Shown here piece by piece: positions 61,294 to 64,000 of a stretch of 64,000 nucleotides of DNA; the stretch's first letter is position 1, and each line of letters begins with the position of its first letter. This DNA is from an uncultured Chloroflexia bacterium (lineage in GTDB: Bacteria > Chloroflexota > Anaerolineae > JAAYZQ01), in assembly GCA_963700285.1 (NCBI GenBank), contig CAVOXA010000001.1:1408001-1472000 (forward strand), written 5' to 3'. Below the pieces are notes generated by a model. The model was given only the letters and a program-made list of their open reading frames with translations. It was not told the origin of the DNA and did not search any database. The position numbers were made by a program, and so were the translations under genes.

Positions 61294-62028
61294 TTACTCC
61301 TGCGCCAGCAGCATCTGCACCAGGGCCAGGATCTGATCCTCGCTCAGAAAATCGTAGGCTGGCATGGGGTGACTGGTGATGCCGTACCCCGGTACAATGA
61401 ATGCTTTCGGATCCACTATGCTCTCGCGAATGTACTCTTTCGCGTTCGTGGCCGCGCCTCCGTACCCCTGCTCGCTAACGCGGCTCAGGGCGGTCGAGCC
61501 CAAACCTTCGTGTGTCGGGCCGAATGACCCTCCAGTGCCCGCCGCGCCGAGCTGGTGGCAGATGCCACAGAACTGGTCTTTGTAGACCTGCAGCCCGATA
61601 GTGGCCAAATCCTCCGCTGCCATGACCGGTGCAGCCGTCGGTGACGCCATAGTCGTCGCTGGTACCGTAGCGGTCGCCGCGGCGATGGTGCTTGCCGGGG
61701 CAGTTCGAGTGGGCGTCGGGTCGGGCGCTGGCTGTTCGGTGGGCTGCGTGGTCGGCGCGCGCGTTCTGGTAGCCGTAGGGAGGGAGACTCTGGCCGTGGC
61801 TGATGCCGCAGCCAGAGTGACTGCCGCAGCGGCCGGCTCGGGGTTGCTGCCAACTACTATGGTCGTGGCGGCGGACGCCGTGGCTGGGGCTTCCGTGACT
61901 ACAGTTGAGGTAACTGGCTCCGCTCGAACGCCTGAGCCAGGCTCTCTGCTCGGTGCCACACAACTCGTGAGCAACGCGGCCAGTATCAGCGTCCATGTCA
62001 GCAACCAGCCTGCGCGGAGTTTGTCCAT
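61294..62028 (-). CDS. cytochrome c lipoprotein with a Thr/Ala/Pro-rich linker
   Basis: Lipobox LTSC, CGICH, GPTH, YIRESIVDP, MP axial ligand. Confidence 0.85.
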   Translation of the reverse strand: MDKLRAGWLLTWTLILAALLTSCVAPSREPGSGVRAEPVTSTVVTEAPATASAATTIVVGSNPEPAAAAVTLAAASATARVSLPTATRTRAPTTQPTEQPAPDPTPTRTAPASTIAAATATVPATTMASPTAAPVMAAEDLATIGLQVYKDQFCGICHQLGAAGTGGSFGPTHEGLGSTALSRVSEQGYGGAATNAKEYIRESIVDPKAFIVPGYGITSHPMPAYDFLSEDQILALVQMLLAQE

Positions 62029-62052
62029 CTTGACTGTACCCCCGCCTCTGGC

Positions 62053-62346
62053 TCAGGCGTGCTCGTGACGGATGACCTTTCCGTCGCGCCACTCAGGATC
62101 GGCCTGGAGAAGTTGCCTCATCTTGAGGTACAGTTCGTGGCTTTCGGCAGATTCCGAATATGCCCGGTAGGCTTCCTGGCTCTCGGAGATGGCCACGACC
62201 CAGATCTCGTTGGGGTCGGCGTCCATCTGGAAGACAGACAGGGAAACCGCGCCACCCGGACTATGCCCTCCATCCATATCCATCATTTCGCTCAGTTCCT
62301 CCAACCTGCCTGGCCTAACCTTCATGCTAGCGATGCTGCCGTACAT
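62053..62346 (-). CDS. antibiotic biosynthesis monooxygenase (ABM) family protein
   Basis: MYGSIASMKVRPG, DPEWRDG; GGGAGG RBS. Confidence 0.7.
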   Translation of the reverse strand: MYGSIASMKVRPGRLEELSEMMDMDGGHSPGGAVSLSVFQMDADPNEIWVVAISESQEAYRAYSESAESHELYLKMRQLLQADPEWRDGKVIRHEHA

Positions 62347-62488
62347 GCGTACCTCCCGCTTCTACTGTTTTAGCCATTCTATCACTTCTGGTTGGCCGAA
62401 GACCAGCCTAGTGGGCAGAGCAGTGATGATGCTGTGCTGTTTGCCCTCGGGTCTGCTGTACACACACTTGGCAGCAGGACCTGCTCGT

Positions 62489-62896
62489 TCATAGACACCT
62501 GCACAGCAGGTCTAACAGCTTGGCTGTGCCCCATGCCTCACGAATCCGGCCGCCGGAGAAACGCATTACTACAGCGCCCTTTGTCGTCCCCCCCTCATGT
62601 CTGGCAAGATGGCTCTTGGTCGAGCCGGGGAGGCAGCCCTCGATCGCGTACCGGACCGCGACCTTGTCCCCGGTGGCGTACATCTCTTCAATGGTAAGGC
62701 GTTCGTAGGGGAAGCCTGCGACGGCGGTACTGATCCAGTGCTTGTACCGGCTTCGGCCGGAGGTGATCCCGAGTTGGGTGCCATGCTCGACAAAATCGTC
62801 GGCGTACAGGCTGTCGACAACATCCAGATTGCCATGGTTCCAGACTTCATGGAGCGCTTGTTGGGCGCTTTGCCTATTGGTTTCAAGCGTAGACAT
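62489..62896 (-). CDS. SnoaL-like ester cyclase (NTF2 fold)
   Basis: EVWNHGNLD, GFP, GDKVAVR, RFSGGRI.E.W. Confidence 0.8.
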   Translation of the reverse strand: MSTLETNRQSAQQALHEVWNHGNLDVVDSLYADDFVEHGTQLGITSGRSRYKHWISTAVAGFPYERLTIEEMYATGDKVAVRYAIEGCLPGSTKSHLARHEGGTTKGAVVMRFSGGRIREAWGTAKLLDLLCRCL

Positions 62897-63001
62897 GGGG
62901 TTGGCCTCCCTTCTTGTATCTCTTTCGGCTGACAGCAAGGGTAAATAACGTAATAGAGATTATTTATATCATGTCTAGCAGTCTGAATTCTATCAGTTCA
63001 G

Positions 63002-63020
63002 TGCATACAAAATGCATACA
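63002..63020. promoter_or_regulatory. 11-bp-period direct repeat upstream of the ester cyclase
   Basis: TGCATACA-AAA-TGCATACA in an AT-rich intergenic region. Confidence 0.4.
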
Positions 63021-63037
63021 GCCAGGCCTGAACGAAA

Positions 63038-63069
63038 GAGGCTCCACCTCTTCGAAGAGGTGGAGCCTC
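63038..63069 (-). terminator. terminator after the 82-aa ORF
   Basis: Perfect palindrome GAGGCTCCACCTCTTCGAAGAGGTGGAGCCTC followed by TTTCGTT on minus. Confidence 0.65.
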
Positions 63070-63090
63070 GCTACTGCATTTTACCCTTTC

Positions 63091-63339
63091 TCAGCAGCAC
63101 TGTTCTTTGGGCGTGGGTGGCCTGGTAATCCAGGATCGAGCTGCGGCCTTTGTTCTCCCGGCTGAGGCTGCCAGCTGACTGAGCCCAGCCCGGATCTGGG
63201 CCAGCCGGCTGTCCACTAGCGCGAGTTCCGAACCGCCATGTCGCAGGTGTTTTGCCTGGTTTGCCTGCTCCGCTTCCTTGAGCCACTGGTTCGGGACCAT
63301 ATTGTTCTCGTAAGCAACCATGAACCATTCATCGTACAT
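63091..63339 (-). CDS. small hypothetical protein (82 aa)
   Basis: AAAGGAG RBS, own terminator, WLKEAEQ helix; ends EQCC. Confidence 0.6.
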   Translation of the reverse strand: MYDEWFMVAYENNMVPNQWLKEAEQANQAKHLRHGGSELALVDSRLAQIRAGLSQLAASAGRTKAAARSWITRPPTPKEQCC

Positions 63340-63535
63340 CGTTGATCTCTCCTTTGACCGAAGGCCAATTCCTGCGCACAAAATGACACGTTCGCAGAAG
63401 GGAGGCTTCGGTAGTCAAACAAAAGGGACTTCTGTCTTGACTTAGAAAGCTGCGCTAGCCTGTGGCCAACCCACTGGGCAGCGCAAAGCGAGCAATTCTT
63501 GTGGGCCGGCCAAACGCTGCCCTTTGAGATCGAGA

Positions 63536-63574
63536 CAAGTGCCGGATGAGGGCGTCGCCCTCATCCAGCACTTG
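63536..63574 (-). terminator. hairpin after the NPEL-repeat gene
   Basis: CAAGTGCCGGATGAGGGCG-T-CGCCCTCATCCAGCACTTG. Confidence 0.55.
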
Positions 63575-63591
63575 CTTGGCTGCGTAGTTAC

Positions 63592-64000
63592 CTAGCAGCC
63601 ACAGTATTGCTCAAATGCGGACAGTTCCGGGTTCACGGAGCCTTCGCCCGAGTTTGCCACTGCCGCTGAACTACCTTCCCAGCCGCTGGCGTACTTTGCC
63701 TCAGGGTTCTCGGCATAGAAGTCAGAGCCTGCTGCTGCCGAGCCACCGCTCCAATTGCTTGCGTACTTTAGCTCGGGATTCTGGACCAAAAAGTCCGACG
63801 CCACTGCTGCTGAGCCGCTGAAGGACTTTAGCTCAGGATTCGTTGCCAACTCTGCGGCATTCTGGGCAACTACCACGCTGTTCCCTTGGCCATAAAAGCC
63901 GGCCAGGGCTTCGTACCGGCTGGTACCGGCTGCATAGCTGGCCTCGAGCCTCTGGGCTGTATAGTACTGCCCCAAGGCTGCCAGCCGGGCGGAGCCGGCG
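63592..64000 (-). CDS. repeat-rich hypothetical protein, 5' end outside the window
   Basis: Open to the window edge; SAR.AAL..YY-type repeats then four NPE(L/A) repeats; ends YCGC. Confidence 0.65.
   Translation of the reverse strand, partial: AGSARLAALGQYYTAQRLEASYAAGTSRYEALAGFYGQGNSVVVAQNAAELATNPELKSFSGSAAVASDFLVQNPELKYASNWSGGSAAAGSDFYAENPEAKYASGWEGSSAAVANSGEGSVNPELSAFEQYCGC

Noticed and set aside
63420-63520. c-di-GMP-I riboswitch (GCGCAAAGC resemblance)
   Set aside because: It lacks the GGCAAAC/GAAA tetraloop arrangement and is on the opposite strand to the adjacent genes.

Overview
Ordinary chromosomal stretch of a GC-rich (about 60% by eye) anaerobic bacterium. Gene content and sequence style point to Chloroflexota/Anaerolineae; this is inferred from LPxTG-like and (Y/T)LPLV motifs, cyclase-STAND-SBP fusion, LysW-like zinc ribbons and heptamer repeats. 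It holds about 50 protein genes. I found no rRNA, tRNA, CRISPR array, integrase or transposase. The contig has many 1-nt indels, including in essential ligA and densely at 28.4-34.6 kb, so most split genes are probably long-read consensus errors. Recognisable genes: GHMP kinase, OYE, larB/larE, a NitT/TauT ABC importer with menA inside it, buk, hflX, ligA, a PhnA-like operon, hypD, an ABC exporter pair, mttB-family, degV, dmpA-like, ROK/nagA, an RRM protein, M20, two BldC-like HTH paralogues and a ScyD/E-cytochrome c cluster. Best candidates for new biology: (1) an intact 1004-aa P-type ATPase homologue whose catalytic DKTGT motif reads AQEGI, next to a HEAT protein, DegV, two LysW-like proteins lacking the carrier Glu and a receiver lacking its phospho-Asp; (2) a putative naphthoquinone-precursor importer with menA embedded; (3) a cytoplasmic adenylate cyclase-STAND-SBP5 fusion; (4) an MttB-symporter-PLP lyase operon. 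All family calls come from motifs read by eye; no database search was run.
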